NCBI GenBank assembly: GCA_030390025.1
Contig: CM059432.1
Span: 73,472,001 to 73,536,000 of the forward strand
Source of the DNA: Squalus acanthias
Taxonomy: Eukaryota
DNA length: 64,000 nucleotides
Direction: 5' to 3'
The notes beneath the pieces are model-generated. The model searched no databases. It saw only the letters and a program-made list of their open reading frames with translations, and had not been told where the DNA came from. How positions within the stretch are numbered: position 1 is the stretch's first letter; every line of letters begins with the position of its first letter. Shown here piece after piece: positions 37,912 to 49,436 of this stretch. Position numbers and translations under genes: made by a program.

Positions 37912-38335
37912 TCAGTGGGTGTAGTTTGGGGTGTTCTGCTGGACTACAACTTTCCTTCTTCCAGGCCCCCCAGTGGGATATACTGTTGGACTAAAGCTTG
38001 GCATCCTCCCTGATCTATTAGTACTTAGCAGTGAGTGGAGGGGTAGTGGTGGCAGGACTTTTACAAACCTTCCATCAGGCCGTTAGTATCTTCTCAGTGG
38101 GCAGGCGAGTCAGCAGATCAGCTATTCAAATGTCTAAAGCCCCGGTATTCATTTCAGTGAGGGTTAGTAGTCTCCCAATGTTGTAAAACAGCAGAGAAAC
38201 AGTTTCCGTGAGCACCATGCCCAATAATTCCATTGGCGGCAGAAGAGATGGGATTACAGCGCAAAATGGGGCGGGGTATAAAATGGACTGCCGATTCGCT
38301 GTCACCCATTTTTTTGTCCGCCGATAAAAGTTAAT

Positions 38336-39077
38336 GGCCCAGAAATTAAAGACTGAGTGTTGACGCGGGGGTAAGGCTTCCCCGCGATCTCTCACTCCAC
38401 GTTGGCTTTTTCAGATCCAGCTCGCACGAACTTGATGTTCTAGACATCAGCTGGGCAGTGCTTGCGTATCCCACCGGCGTAGTGAATTCGTGCGAGCTGT
38501 GGGATCACGTGACTCAGTTAGAGCCAATGGCAGCACACCATCTTCCATTCATAAGTTTCACATACGTGCTGTGAAAGCTATGAATCTTACACACCCCCAA
38601 AATAACAGCTAAACCTCAATTAAATTTTTTAAAAAACCATCACATTAATAAAATAAGTATAGTTAAATAAATTAACCATTTTAAATTAAAAATTTAATTT
38701 TTGAAAAAATTTAAAATCTTTTAAAAAGTTATAAAAATAAACTTACCTGTCTTTAAAGTCTCTAAAAAAGATATACCTGTTAAAAAAAATTCAAAATAAT
38801 ACTTAATTCACTACTTACCTTGTTAAAAGTGGGTCTTACTCCTCCTTTTTCATTTCTAAAATCTTCCGTCCTTACCTGCGCGTCCAAAGCACTAAGTGCA
38901 CAGCGTGCGCGCAGCCTGTAGCGCGCACGCGGTGCACCGAGGAACCGCCCCCTTTTCCAAAAACCAAGTGCCGGTTTTCAGCGCATGCGCAGTGCATGCA
39001 GAAAACCGGCAATTGGTGACAGAATACGCGAGAGTACACAGTGCGTACTCTCGCGTCGCGGGACTAATTTTTGGGCC
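38336..39077. mobile_element. Harbinger-type MITE (family C, AT-rich core)
   Basis: TIR GGCCCAGAAATT / AATTTTTGGGCC with AAT TSD on both sides. Confidence 0.88.
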
Positions 39078-39254
39078 AATATTACCCCCAGTGAGTTAGG
39101 TTGCAATCAAGGCTCTCGGTGAGGATCATTGGGGAATCGGTACCTTTTAACACCGGAGGGTCCTCGGTGGGTGAAGATGGCGATTGGGGGCAGCTTGGGG
39201 CAATAGTTTCCTGGTTTTCAGTAACAGTGGTGCAAACTGCCCACCACCTCTAGC

Positions 39255-39505
39255 CTTGCATATCTCTTAATGTCTCTTAATGTCTCTTCATCTCCCCCTT
39301 TGTTCCTTTATCCCCTCCCCCTTTTCCCAGCTTTAACCTGGCCTTAAATCTATTTGATTTCCGGCTCTTCCCAGTTCTGATGAAAGGTCATCGACCTGAA
39401 ACGTTAACTCTCTTTCTCTCTCCACGGATGCTGCCTGGCCTTCTGAGTTTTTCCAGCGTTTTCTGTTGTTATTTCGGATTTCCAGCATCCGCAGTATTTT
39501 GCTAC
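39255..39505 (+). mobile_element. Penelope-like pseudo-LTR fragment
   Basis: Reverse complement of the sequence at 5775-5970 and 35595-35810; contains an intact hammerhead core. Confidence 0.82.
39373..39409 (+). ncRNA. Minimal type I hammerhead ribozyme motif
   Basis: AGUU-CUGAUGA-A-AGGUC-AUC-GACCU-GAAACGUU-AACU. Confidence 0.78.
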
Positions 39506-39515
39506 CATATATTTT

Positions 39516-40359
39516 GGGCTGGATTTTTTGAATGGAGACGTGCTGGAGGCGGGACTGCTGCTTGTCGGGTCTCAGTCCCGCCTCCATCAACCTCTGGCCA
39601 ACCAGTGGGATTTTCCTCTGATTGACCTTGTTAAGTCCGCCCTGTGGGCTCAGCAGGTCAATTAGGGGGAAGTCACTGACAGAGCACGTCAACGTCTGAC
39701 GTGCCATCTGTCAAGATTTCTTGAAAGAAGAAATGTCAGCGTTTGACAGCTCTGTGAAGCTGTCAAACACTGACTTTCTGTGTAGTTTGATGAGCACTTG
39801 TGTTCAGGACTCATCAAACCTTTCTAGTTTGTAGATTTCAGATGACTGTTGGTTCGAGGTTCCAACAGCCAGTCTGTGAAATCTACAAGGAAGGTGTCGG
39901 GACTCCCGATCCAGAGCAGATGAAGGCTGTAGGCAGAAACAAAGGTAAGTGCACATTTTTTAACACTTTACACTCACCTTACATACTTACCACTCCACAC
40001 TTGCACCCATCACTCACCTCTACATCTCACTTTCAGACCCCTCCGACCCCTGCAGAGCTCCTACTCGACTCCTCCAACCCGGCGGGGTTCTCCGAGGTCG
40101 GGAAGCCTGCAGTTGAAAAGGTAAAATGGGACTAATCCTTTTTTCTGCCTGTTAACTACCTGTAAACAGGCAGTTAAAAGGATTTAATCCCTTTCCTGCC
40201 TCAAGGAGACGGGACCCGGGTCAGGACGGCTTCCCGCCTCCTGGCAAAAGGGCACGGAGGCGGGATGGGGGCGGGTTTGCCAGCCACCCCCACTTTCTGC
40301 AACTTTACCGGCAGTCCCGCCTCCATACCCGCCTCCTCGGGGCTGGCAAAATCCAGCCC
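39516..40359. mobile_element. Harbinger-type MITE (family A)
   Basis: TIR GGGCTGGATTTT / AAAATCCAGCCC; colinear with 4330-5172; flanks TTT/CAA do not match. Confidence 0.88.
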
Positions 40360-41000
40360 CAAGGGTCAGAATATGTCACACATGGTGGGTGCATTTTAAG
40401 ATGTGTACAATAATGCTGGGGGCGGGGTTGGGTACGCGGATCTCCAGAATTTATTTGTGGCCAGCAGAGAAAAATTCTAAGCATGGGGTTGGTGCTGAAG
40501 CTTAAGGGAGGGTTTACAGATAACTAACAGAGTCAAAATTCCCTATCAAAAGCTGCATTAAAAGGTGGGTGTACAATTCATGCTGGAGTTGAGGAAAACA
40601 GTTTTAATAAAATCATTCATATTGCAATTAGTTTATTGTAAAGAATCATTACAGTTCACCTTAGGCTTGCCTTTCATCCTCAATTTGAGACTTAGTGCTA
40701 CCACTCAATAGCTTTATAATGCAACTGCATGCTGACATAGATACTGATTCTTAGGACAAAAGTATAAGTCCAGACTTGGGTTCGGAGCTAATGTTACATG
40801 ACAAATTATTTAATAGTGCCAACTGCAAGTGCAAGAAGTACTGCAGGTAAATTTTGATACCTTTAAAATGGGTTTTCCCATTGACAAAGCCTGGCATACG
40901 AGTTTTCAATGTATTTTGAGATGGAATATTGTGATTCACTCAGTATTATTAATATTTAATAGATGGTTATGTATAGGGGCATTATATCCAGTAACACACG

Positions 41001-42301
41001 GGCCTAGAAATTCAGTGGCGTCCACTTTTGGATGCCTTACCCGCAGAGACCTAACAGCCTGTGCTCAAATGGGAAGGTCCAAGGAGCCCGGGATTTTGGC
41101 CCTCGGATCTCATTATCATGTAGATGGCACTGCGGTAGGAGCCCGCACAGTTTAAAGCTTCAATTTCCAGGTAAGTGATTGGGTTGCATAGCGTGGAGGA
41201 ATGGGTGGGCCTCGGAGTCTGTGATCGGAGGGCTATCGGGGGCCAGGTAAGAAGATCGGAGGGGGGCCTGCACTACCGTTGGGGCCTCGGCATTGCTGTC
41301 GGGGGGCGGGGCTAGGGTCAGAGGAAGATCGGGGGGACCTGGAGGTCAGAGTCAGGAGTGAGGTCGAGTTCTTGGGACCGGGAGCAGGCTTGAGTAATTA
41401 CCTTTTTAAATCAGTGCTGTTTAGCATTGGTTTTCCAGGAGGTAAACATCGCTGGCGTTTGCTGCTTCAGACGCAAACCAAATTTGCAAGAGGGAGCAGA
41501 AGCAGGCATTAGGCTCCTTATTTGACTATATTGGCCTGTATTTTCCGATGCCTACGGGTGTGTACGGGCTATGTACACACCCGTAGGGACATCGGAAATG
41601 CCGGTTTCAGGCACGCGAAGCGCATGCGCTGAAAACCAGCATTTCCGATCTGCCAAGAATGCTCTTGACAGATTGGACGCCTGCCCTAGAGAAGGGCCTC
41701 TGTGTGGGGGGGGGCGGGGGAGAGTTTCGCTTTCTGCAGAACCTCCGCCCGCTGAAAACCCTTAGGAATCTTACGTCTGGTAAAAGCAGGTGTAAGGCCT
41801 GCATTTACCAGCATAAGAGTTGAAAAAAAGTTTTAAAAAAAATTTCACTCATTTATATTTTTAAAATACTTTTAAAAAAGGTAAGTTTATTTTTAGCCCT
41901 GTAAAAAGATTTAATTATTTTTTGCAAAAAATTTAAGTTTTGTTTAAAGTATTTAATTTATTGTTATTTTAACTCATTTTAAAAATTTGATGGTTTTTAA
42001 AAATGTATTTAATGTTTTAGTGTGTTTTTGGGGTGATCTCCATTCATATATTTGACAGGTCCATCTGTCAAAAGTATGAAGGGAGATTCCTTTCTCCTAT
42101 TGGCTGGCCTGGCCCACGTGATCCCAGGGACGCTTGCGAACTGCATGCGCCTCTGGGATACGTGGGCCCTGCACATTTCGACTGTGGAGAGGCCCAGGAG
42201 CGGAAGTGTCCGGACCTCGGGATCCCTCAGGTAAGTTCGTAGACATTTTTCCGATAGGAGGTATCCGCACGCAGGAAGCTTCCTATCGGAAATTACGGGC
42301 C
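41001..42301. mobile_element. Harbinger-type non-autonomous element related to family C
   Basis: Termini GGCCTAGAAATT / AAATTACGGGCC; shares the GCGCATGCGC..GAAAACC palindrome and AT-rich core with 38336-39077 in inverted orientation. Confidence 0.7.
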
Positions 42302-42920
42302 ATTAATGACCTAATGCTGCTTCAGTCGTGGATAAACAACACCTCTCATTTGGTCCTTACCAAAATGGGGTTCGCTGCAGTCCTGCTGGAAGTTTTTTTT
42401 GACGAAACCGGCCTTGACTGCTGAAGCTAAGCAGGGGAATTTCTCCCCCACAGTGTTTTATGCACAAGTTGATTCCTCTTCCTGTAACTGACTCTCTACT
42501 TCTCTTCAACTCTCTAATTATTTCTGTATCCCTCTCTCTGGACTGTGGAGAGGCCCAGGAGCGGAAGTGTCCGGACCTCGGGAGCCCTCAGGTCAGTTCG
42601 TAGACTTTTTTCCGATAGGAGGCATCTGCACGCAGGAAGTCTCCTATCGGAGTCGGGTCGGGTGCATGCGGGCCGCATGGCGGGTTGGTACCACGATGTA
42701 TTGATCAGCCCGCTCTTCAGAGCGACTTTAGTAATGGCCCATTAAGGCAGACATGCGCGTTTCCTGGCCCTATTAAATGGTGTGGGTCTGCTGATGTCAT
42801 CGGTGACTCATTTTCAGCGGGGATATTTAAAGCAGCCTTGGCCACATCGCATTTGAAGGTTCATGTAGGAGTGTGAAGAGAGTATATTGGAGGATTTTGT
42901 TATTGCTGAAATTTCTAAAC

Positions 42921-43872
42921 ATGAGTTCCCAAAGACAGAGGGCTGCACCCCGGTTTTCCCATGACTCCCTACATATGCTTGTGGAGGGAGTGAGAGCACG
43001 CAGGGAGGTCCTCTTCCCTGCTGATGGGCGGAAGAGTCCTCCCCAGGAGACAAAACGAGCCTGGCTCCAAATAGCTGAGGAGGTGAACAGCAGGGATGTG
43101 GTGAGGCGGACCTGGGTGCTGTGCCGGAAACGCTTTAATGATCTCATTAGATCAGGAAAGGTGAGTGCAAACCACACTTAACTTCATCCTGCTGTGCCTC
43201 TCATCACATCCCCATCACTCTGCCTTCCCAAGCCTGCTCCTGCACATCCTTACTCACATCAACATACCTTGCACGTCCATCCATCCCTCTCTCTCTCTCA
43301 CTATTTACATGAGCACCACCATGTCACAGGCGATGGCGACAACGTGCTCTTCCATGGAAAGGATGACCACCTGCACGGAGCAGCAAATGCACCAGTCGAA
43401 TGAGAACATGTTAGCTATGGAGAACAGATGGCAGAGGCTCATGGACCTCCTCTTTCGGAGGGATCTAAATGTTGACTTGGCTCCTCATGGCCCCACTGCT
43501 GTGCAGCAAGATGCTCACCAGCTCCTTGCTAGCAGGGAAGTGCGGGTGGCCCATGACAGGGATGACGGTGAGAGGGGACCTGGAAGTGGGGGTTCCTCTC
43601 AAAGTGCTCCCACTTCTCCACCATTGCCCCCCCCCCGCTCAGTCAGAGTCGCAGGTGCTTCCTCGGATCGCGATGGCCAAGTCTGCCCCTGCACAGTCAC
43701 AGGTTAGCAGACTTTGGTGGGGCCCTCACATGCTCCAAAACCCAGAGGACGTCCGCCAAAAGTGTCTACGCAGTCGCAGCAGGGTAACAAGCAGCATGCC
43801 TCTACCTCTGTAGAAGCCACAGTGGGTGCACCTCGTAGAAGCACATGTAAAAGAAAAATGACACAGAAGTAG
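42921..43872 (+). pseudogene. Harbinger Myb gene with exon 2 and part of exon 3 deleted
   Basis: MSSQRQRAAPRFSHDSLHMLV...CRKRFNDLIRSGK|GTGAGT (43160); resumes mid-exon 3 at ~43309; ends PRRSTCKRK. Confidence 0.87.
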
Positions 43873-44171
43873 ATGCACAAGGGTAAGCACATGGGTGTAT
43901 AAAGAAGTGTTAGTGTTAAAGTTCCATTACTGTTATCACATATAAATCTATTTATTTTCACCACTGTCCGGTCATGCCCATTTTTGTCTGCTACTTTGGA
44001 AGTGGCTTTGTGAGTTGGAGTGAATGGTGAGACATAATGTAACCTCCAGCAATGGGGGTCAGTGTGAAAGAAATGGCTTGTTCATTGTAGGCATGCTTTA
44101 TGGTGTTGTTGTGGGGGGACAGGGGTAACTTGGCACTGCATGTGGCAGCCATATGGGTGCAATGCAGGATG

Positions 44172-45348
44172 TCAAGTAAATCTGGCCATGATGAGGCCAT
44201 CCCTGGCCTCCTGGGCAGCAATGTGCTCCAGTGCTGCTGGCATCTGGACCTCAGGTTCCTCCTGCTCCTCCTCCCCATCTTCCAGCTAATGCTCCTCCTC
44301 CTCCTCTTCTTCCTCCTCCTCTGAAGAGGCTGTGCGCACAGAGCCTTGCTCCTCATCCAGCTCTCGTTGCTTTCTGGGGACCCTGGCTGGTGCGTACTGA
44401 AGGGCTCCTCCAGATCTGTCAAGGGATCTGAAGCACATTTTCAGCATGCCTATTGTCTGCTCTATGACACATCTGGTGGACATGTGGCTTTCATTATAAC
44501 GGTCGTCAGCCTCATTGCTTGACCTCCTAATGGGTGTCATGAGCCATGTCTTCAGTGGATCGCCCTTGTCTCAAGCAGCCAGCAGGTAAGCCTGTTTGGT
44601 GGTGCGAAGAGCTGAGGGAGGGTGGACTGGCGCAGCACGAAAGAGTCTTGACAGCTGCCAAGGAATTTGGCTCACACATGCATGATGGTTGCAGACGAGC
44701 TGAATATTGAGGGAGTGGAAGCCCTTGCAGTTCACAAACACTCCTGGGTGATGTGGGGGTGCCCTGATGGCCACATGTGTGCAGTTGATGATGCCCTGCA
44801 CCCGTGGAAAGCTAACCAGAGTGGCAAAGCCAAGTGCACACTCAGTAACACTGGCTTCATCAGTGGCAAAGTTGACATAATTGGCTGACTTGTTAAACAC
44901 GGCATTGTGACCTGTGTGATGCATCTGTGGGCGGCAGACTGTGCGATGCCACAAATGTCACCTGCAGATCCCTGGAAGGAGCCAGAGGCGAAGAAGTTGA
45001 GGGCGCTGGTGACTTTGACAGTCACTGGCAAGGCGTGTCCACCTGCTCCTCTGGGTTGCACGTCTTGCTCCAGCAATCGGCAAATATCTGCAATGACCTG
45101 GTGCGAAAGCCTGAGCCTCCTTTGGCACTGCTGCTCAGTCATGGTGAGGAAGCTCATCCTCTGCCTGTATACCCTGTTTTTGGGGTATCACCTCCGGCGT
45201 GGTACTGCTCTGCACTGATGCCCTCTCTGTGTGGAGCATCAGGTCATTGAGGAGATGGTTGGTGGTGTTGTTGCTGCTGCTGCTGGTGTTGGCACTCACC
45301 CTGGTCCGATTCTGAGGACCAAGGTGAGACAGTATAAACGGCACCCAT
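44172..45348 (-). pseudogene. Frameshifted Harbinger transposase
   Basis: MGA + polyQ start, [22 protein letters not shown] (catalytic D changed to N), [25 protein letters not shown], spread over several frames. Confidence 0.92.
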
Positions 45349-46307
45349 GCTGATGTAATAGATGGCAGGTCAAGTAGAGATCAGAGGAGCAATCTGTCAA
45401 TGTTGTGATAGTTTCTAGCAATGTGGTGAGAGTGGCTTCTGAGGTTGCAGAAAAGACTTGCAAACTCGAGACACCTAAATCTGTGCTCAAAATGGAGTCA
45501 GCAAGAGCCTTTCTCCTAGGCAAGCAATGAGGTGTCATGTGGGAGTATTTATTGGGATTTCCATGCTCTGCATTAAAGACCTCAATCAATGGCCACTGAG
45601 CTTCCGCCTCAGGTTCACAGACGTGGTTCCCGAGCGACGTGATTCCCGTGGTCATCCAGTGAAATTCAAAAGGTCTGCTTAAAATCCCTGTTAAGGGTCT
45701 CACAACAAGGATTTAACGAGATTAATTAGGTCGCCTGCCTCTGTCGTTCGGGTTTGTGGCGCACTGGCAAACGCACCCGAGTTAAAGGTGCGAGGAGGCG
45801 GGATGACGGCGTGTTCCGACGCGCTTCCATTTTCTGCAACTTTTACTGCTGACCCACCTCCAAATCTGCACACACAGCAGCAGGAAAATTCCGGCCTTTA
45901 TCTTTGTCTCGCTCTGTATGGATCTCACACTTTTCTCATTATGCTGCCTGCATTTTTCTCTTTGTGCCCACCTCTTTTATTCACCTCTGTCACTCGTTCT
46001 GTAAGACCCTTTCCCGTCTTTTGTATATCTCCCAATGTCTCTGAATGCCCTCACACATTTTCTTTAATGAAGCATTTAATTTCCATCTTTTACCTCTCTT
46101 CTTGTCACAATAGCCTCCAGCTGCAGCCTACTACGCTATCTAATACTGTACAGTTAATATACAAGATAGAAATGGTTGCCTTCATTATGAAGAATGTGAG
46201 ACTGCCATACAAAATTATAGGTCACAAGACAAATAAATTATGAGCTCTTATGTTTAACAGTTAACATCAATCTTTGTTAGAGCTCAAAGTACGCAGTAAG
46301 AGATAAT

Positions 46308-47058
46308 GGGGGAGAAATTCAGTTGTTTTACGCCTCCCGTTAGTGCCCTAAGTGGGCGCTAATGGGGCGCAAAGCAACTAGCGCCCAGGCGCGGCACCGC
46401 CAACGCCTCCCGTGAAATTCAGCAGGAGGTTAGCGGCGGCGGTAACCGTTAGCGCCCCGCGGTGCTGCGCCGCCAGCGATGACATCATCGTCATGCGCAG
46501 CGCCCCGCTCGTGTCCCGGCCTCGATCTTCGGTATCACCCCTGACTTACCGCCAGACGCTATGTCTGACGGGGTCAAGGGAGCCTACCTGCGGCCGGGGT
46601 GGCGCTATTTAAAGGTGAGGTGTCAGGCAGCCATTTTTCTTGCTGGTCACCTGCCCCCGTTGCCATCCCCGGCCTCCTCAGCAGCCACCCCACCGGCTGC
46701 GCTCCATGAGACAAGCACTCCTCTTGAGTGCCAGGCGCTTTTGCCAACACTCCGATCCCTGGTGGCCCAGCTGGGCCCCGGGTCGCGCTGCGCAAGGCCC
46801 TCCCCTTTAAGAAGGGGAGGAAGGCCTGCAGTACCGCGGCGCGACGTGCCACAGTGCGTGGCGCTGCGGCACGTAGCGCCGCGATATTCCCTTGCAGCGC
46901 CCCAAGAGGGAGGCGGGGCGCTTCCAGTAGCGCCCGCTTCCCTCTTGGGGTGTTACCGATGAATTTTGGCCATGGGGGCGCTAATTTTTTCAAGGCGCTA
47001 AAAGTAGAGCCCCGGTGAAGTTAGCGCCCCAAAGGTGGCGCAACTCAATTTTTCCCCC
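46308..47058. mobile_element. Harbinger MITE matching the intact element at 1-3719
   Basis: TIR GGGGGAGAAATT / AATTTTTCCCCC with AAT TSD; about 9 TAGCGCC/GGCGCTA motifs; CpG-rich. Confidence 0.93.
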
Positions 47059-47189
47059 AATGTGTACTATGTTGGAGATGAGTACTGGGATTGGGTGGGG
47101 GATGGGGGAAGAGAAGTTGTCAGAGGAGAGCTACATACATGCAAACTATAGCTCTAAAATTATAAAAAATATAACTTTAGTACTCACAT

Positions 47190-47577
47190 TAAAAAAGAAA
47201 GATTTGCATTTCTGTAGTGCCTTTCACAACCTCAGGACTTCCCAAAGCATAGTCACTGTTGTACAGGCAGCCAATTTGTGCACAGCAAGTTCCCACAAAC
47301 AGCAGTGTGATAATGACCAGATAACTTGTTTTAGTTATGTTGGTTGAAGAATTAATGTTGGCCAGGACACCCGGGAGAACTCCCCTGCTCTTCTTCCAAT
47401 GGTGCCATGGGATCTTTTATGTCACCTAAAAGGGCAAACAGGGCCTCATTAAAACATGGCACCTCTGACAGTGTAGCACTCCCTCAGTACTGCACTGAAA
47501 TGTCAGCCTAGATTTTGTGCTCATGTCTGGAGTGGGACTTGAACCCACAACCTTCTGACTCAGATGCGAGAGTGCTG
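47190..47577 (-). mobile_element. Deu-domain SINE
   Basis: Reverse complement of the 10350-10740 type; B box GGTTCAAGTCC on minus. Confidence 0.82.
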
Positions 47578-48169
47578 ACAATCTACCAAAACAGACTTCC
47601 ATTTTAAAACAAGTCTGCAGACTATCCTGTGCTTGGTATACCCATGCACAATTCCATTCTCTGCGATTTGAGCCTTGAACATCATAGGAGTGAATTTCTG
47701 TAATGGTTCTCGGGCTCATCTGCCATAAGTTTGACTCGATGGTCTGCACAGTACTCACAGGACTTGGGAACAGAAGGAGGATAAGATGACGTATTTTAAG
47801 GAATGTGGCAAATAAGTGTACCCAACAATATAATTTACCAGGTCGATGGCAATTGCATGCCATTGTGTCTTGCTGGTCAATTTGCTCCATATTTACTGCT
47901 CGCCCAGGGCAACCTTTCACACAAACTTACAGTTCTTTCATAACAACTTATGCCTACCCATAATTCATCAGGTTCACATTCAAAATGCAACATACAATTA
48001 AGTGCCTTCCCATACTTATATCTTCCAAGGGCATCAAAACTCAAATCACTGTAACACAACCTAGCTACATGATGCATGGTCACTTGCTGGCACTCAGGTT
48101 TGCCTGCAAGTTGGGCCCTTGTCTGTCGCAGTGCATATGTTCTTTCAACTTACAGCATTTCAAGGCTAT

Positions 48170-49436
48170 GGCCTGAATTTTAATGGGGAGGCAGGGAATT
48201 TAACGGCAGGACCTGATTTGCATGGGAAGCCTCTGTTTCCCTCCCGCAGCCAGCCAGATTGAGAGGCTGGCTGGCTGTGGGCGGGTAGGCCTGTGGCACT
48301 AGGCTGCAGAGAGGAGGGAGGGAGGGATCGCGTGGGGGCCAGGGGGCAGCCGGAGGAGCACAGCGAGGGCCAGGGGAGCGGGAGGTGGGGGTCAGGAAGG
48401 ATTGGGGGCCGGGAGCAGCATGGGGGAGGGGGTCGGGAATGATCGGGGGCCAGGTGCATCACGGGGGCGTTGGGAACCATCAGGGACTGGCAGCAGTACG
48501 GGGAGGGGGGCAGGGTCAGGAATGATCGGGGGACGGGAGCATCACAGGGGTGGGGTTGGGAACGATTGGGGGCCGGGAGCAACACGGGGGTGAGTAGGTG
48601 TTGGGAACGATTGAGGCTGGGAGCAGCACAGGGTGGGGGGGGGGGGGGGTCGGGAATGATCAGGGGCCGGGAGCAGCACGGGGTGGGGGTGCCGGGTGAG
48701 CATTGGTGGCCGGAGGAGCAGAGGGATGGTTAGGGAACAAATGGTGGCCGGTGGAGCTGAGGAGGGCTGGAGGAGCGGGGTGTTGTCGGCAACAATCGTA
48801 GGCCAGAGTAACAGATCGGGAGCTGGAGGAGCAGGTCGGGGGCCGGAGGAGAAGGGGGGGGTGGGGTTCGGAGCATCATCGAGGGCCTGGAGGAGCACGG
48901 AGATCAGGAGGAGCATGGGGGCCAGGAGGAGCGGGGTGGGGGTGGGGGTTGGGCGGTGGAGTAGGAGCAAGGGTGGGGGGGAGGCAGACGGCATCAGAGG
49001 GCCAGAGGAGCATGTCGGGGGGAGGCCTTGTGGGGGGGGGATTGGAGGCCTCGTGGGGGGGGGGGGGGGTGGGGTTCGCCGATAGCGGGGGGGGGGGGTG
49101 GGTTAGGCAGTGACCCTGGATCCAGGAGGTAAGTGTAAAGGCACTTACCTCCTAGATCCAGCAGTCCTTGCCTTCCATTAGCTGACGGGTTTCACAAGGC
49201 CTGCGAAACCCGACCAGCTAAAGTTAAATTCAAAATGGAGGTTAAATCAGAGGCTTCCAGCCTCATTATAATATTTAAATGGACAACCCCCCTCCTGGGG
49301 CCGGGTTGGCTGCCCACTCCCGTTAAAACTGGAAATGGGTGTGTTGGAGGCGGGTTCTGGTCGGAATTCAGATTTTTAACACTTTAACTTCCCGCATGAC
49401 CTCAACCCACCCGTTTTTTTATGTTAAAATTCCCCC
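48170..49436. mobile_element. Harbinger-type non-autonomous element with G-rich minisatellite
   Basis: Termini GGCCTGAATTTTAA / TTAAAATTCCCCC with TAT TSD on both sides. Confidence 0.8.
48387..48690 (+). repeat. G-rich minisatellite, about 7 units of ~40 bp
   Basis: Consensus GTCGGGAATGATCGGGGGCCGGGAGCAGCAC followed by variable G runs. Confidence 0.85.

Larger units (their letters stand above)
42650..45896. mobile_element. Decayed two-gene Harbinger element
   Basis: Myb (+) and transposase (-) are convergent; right terminus AAAATTCCGGCC; left end replaced by a copy of 42180-42290. Confidence 0.88.

Noticed and set aside
48387..48690. CRISPR-like array
   Set aside because: Degenerate G-rich minisatellite without unique spacers, no cas genes, eukaryotic context.
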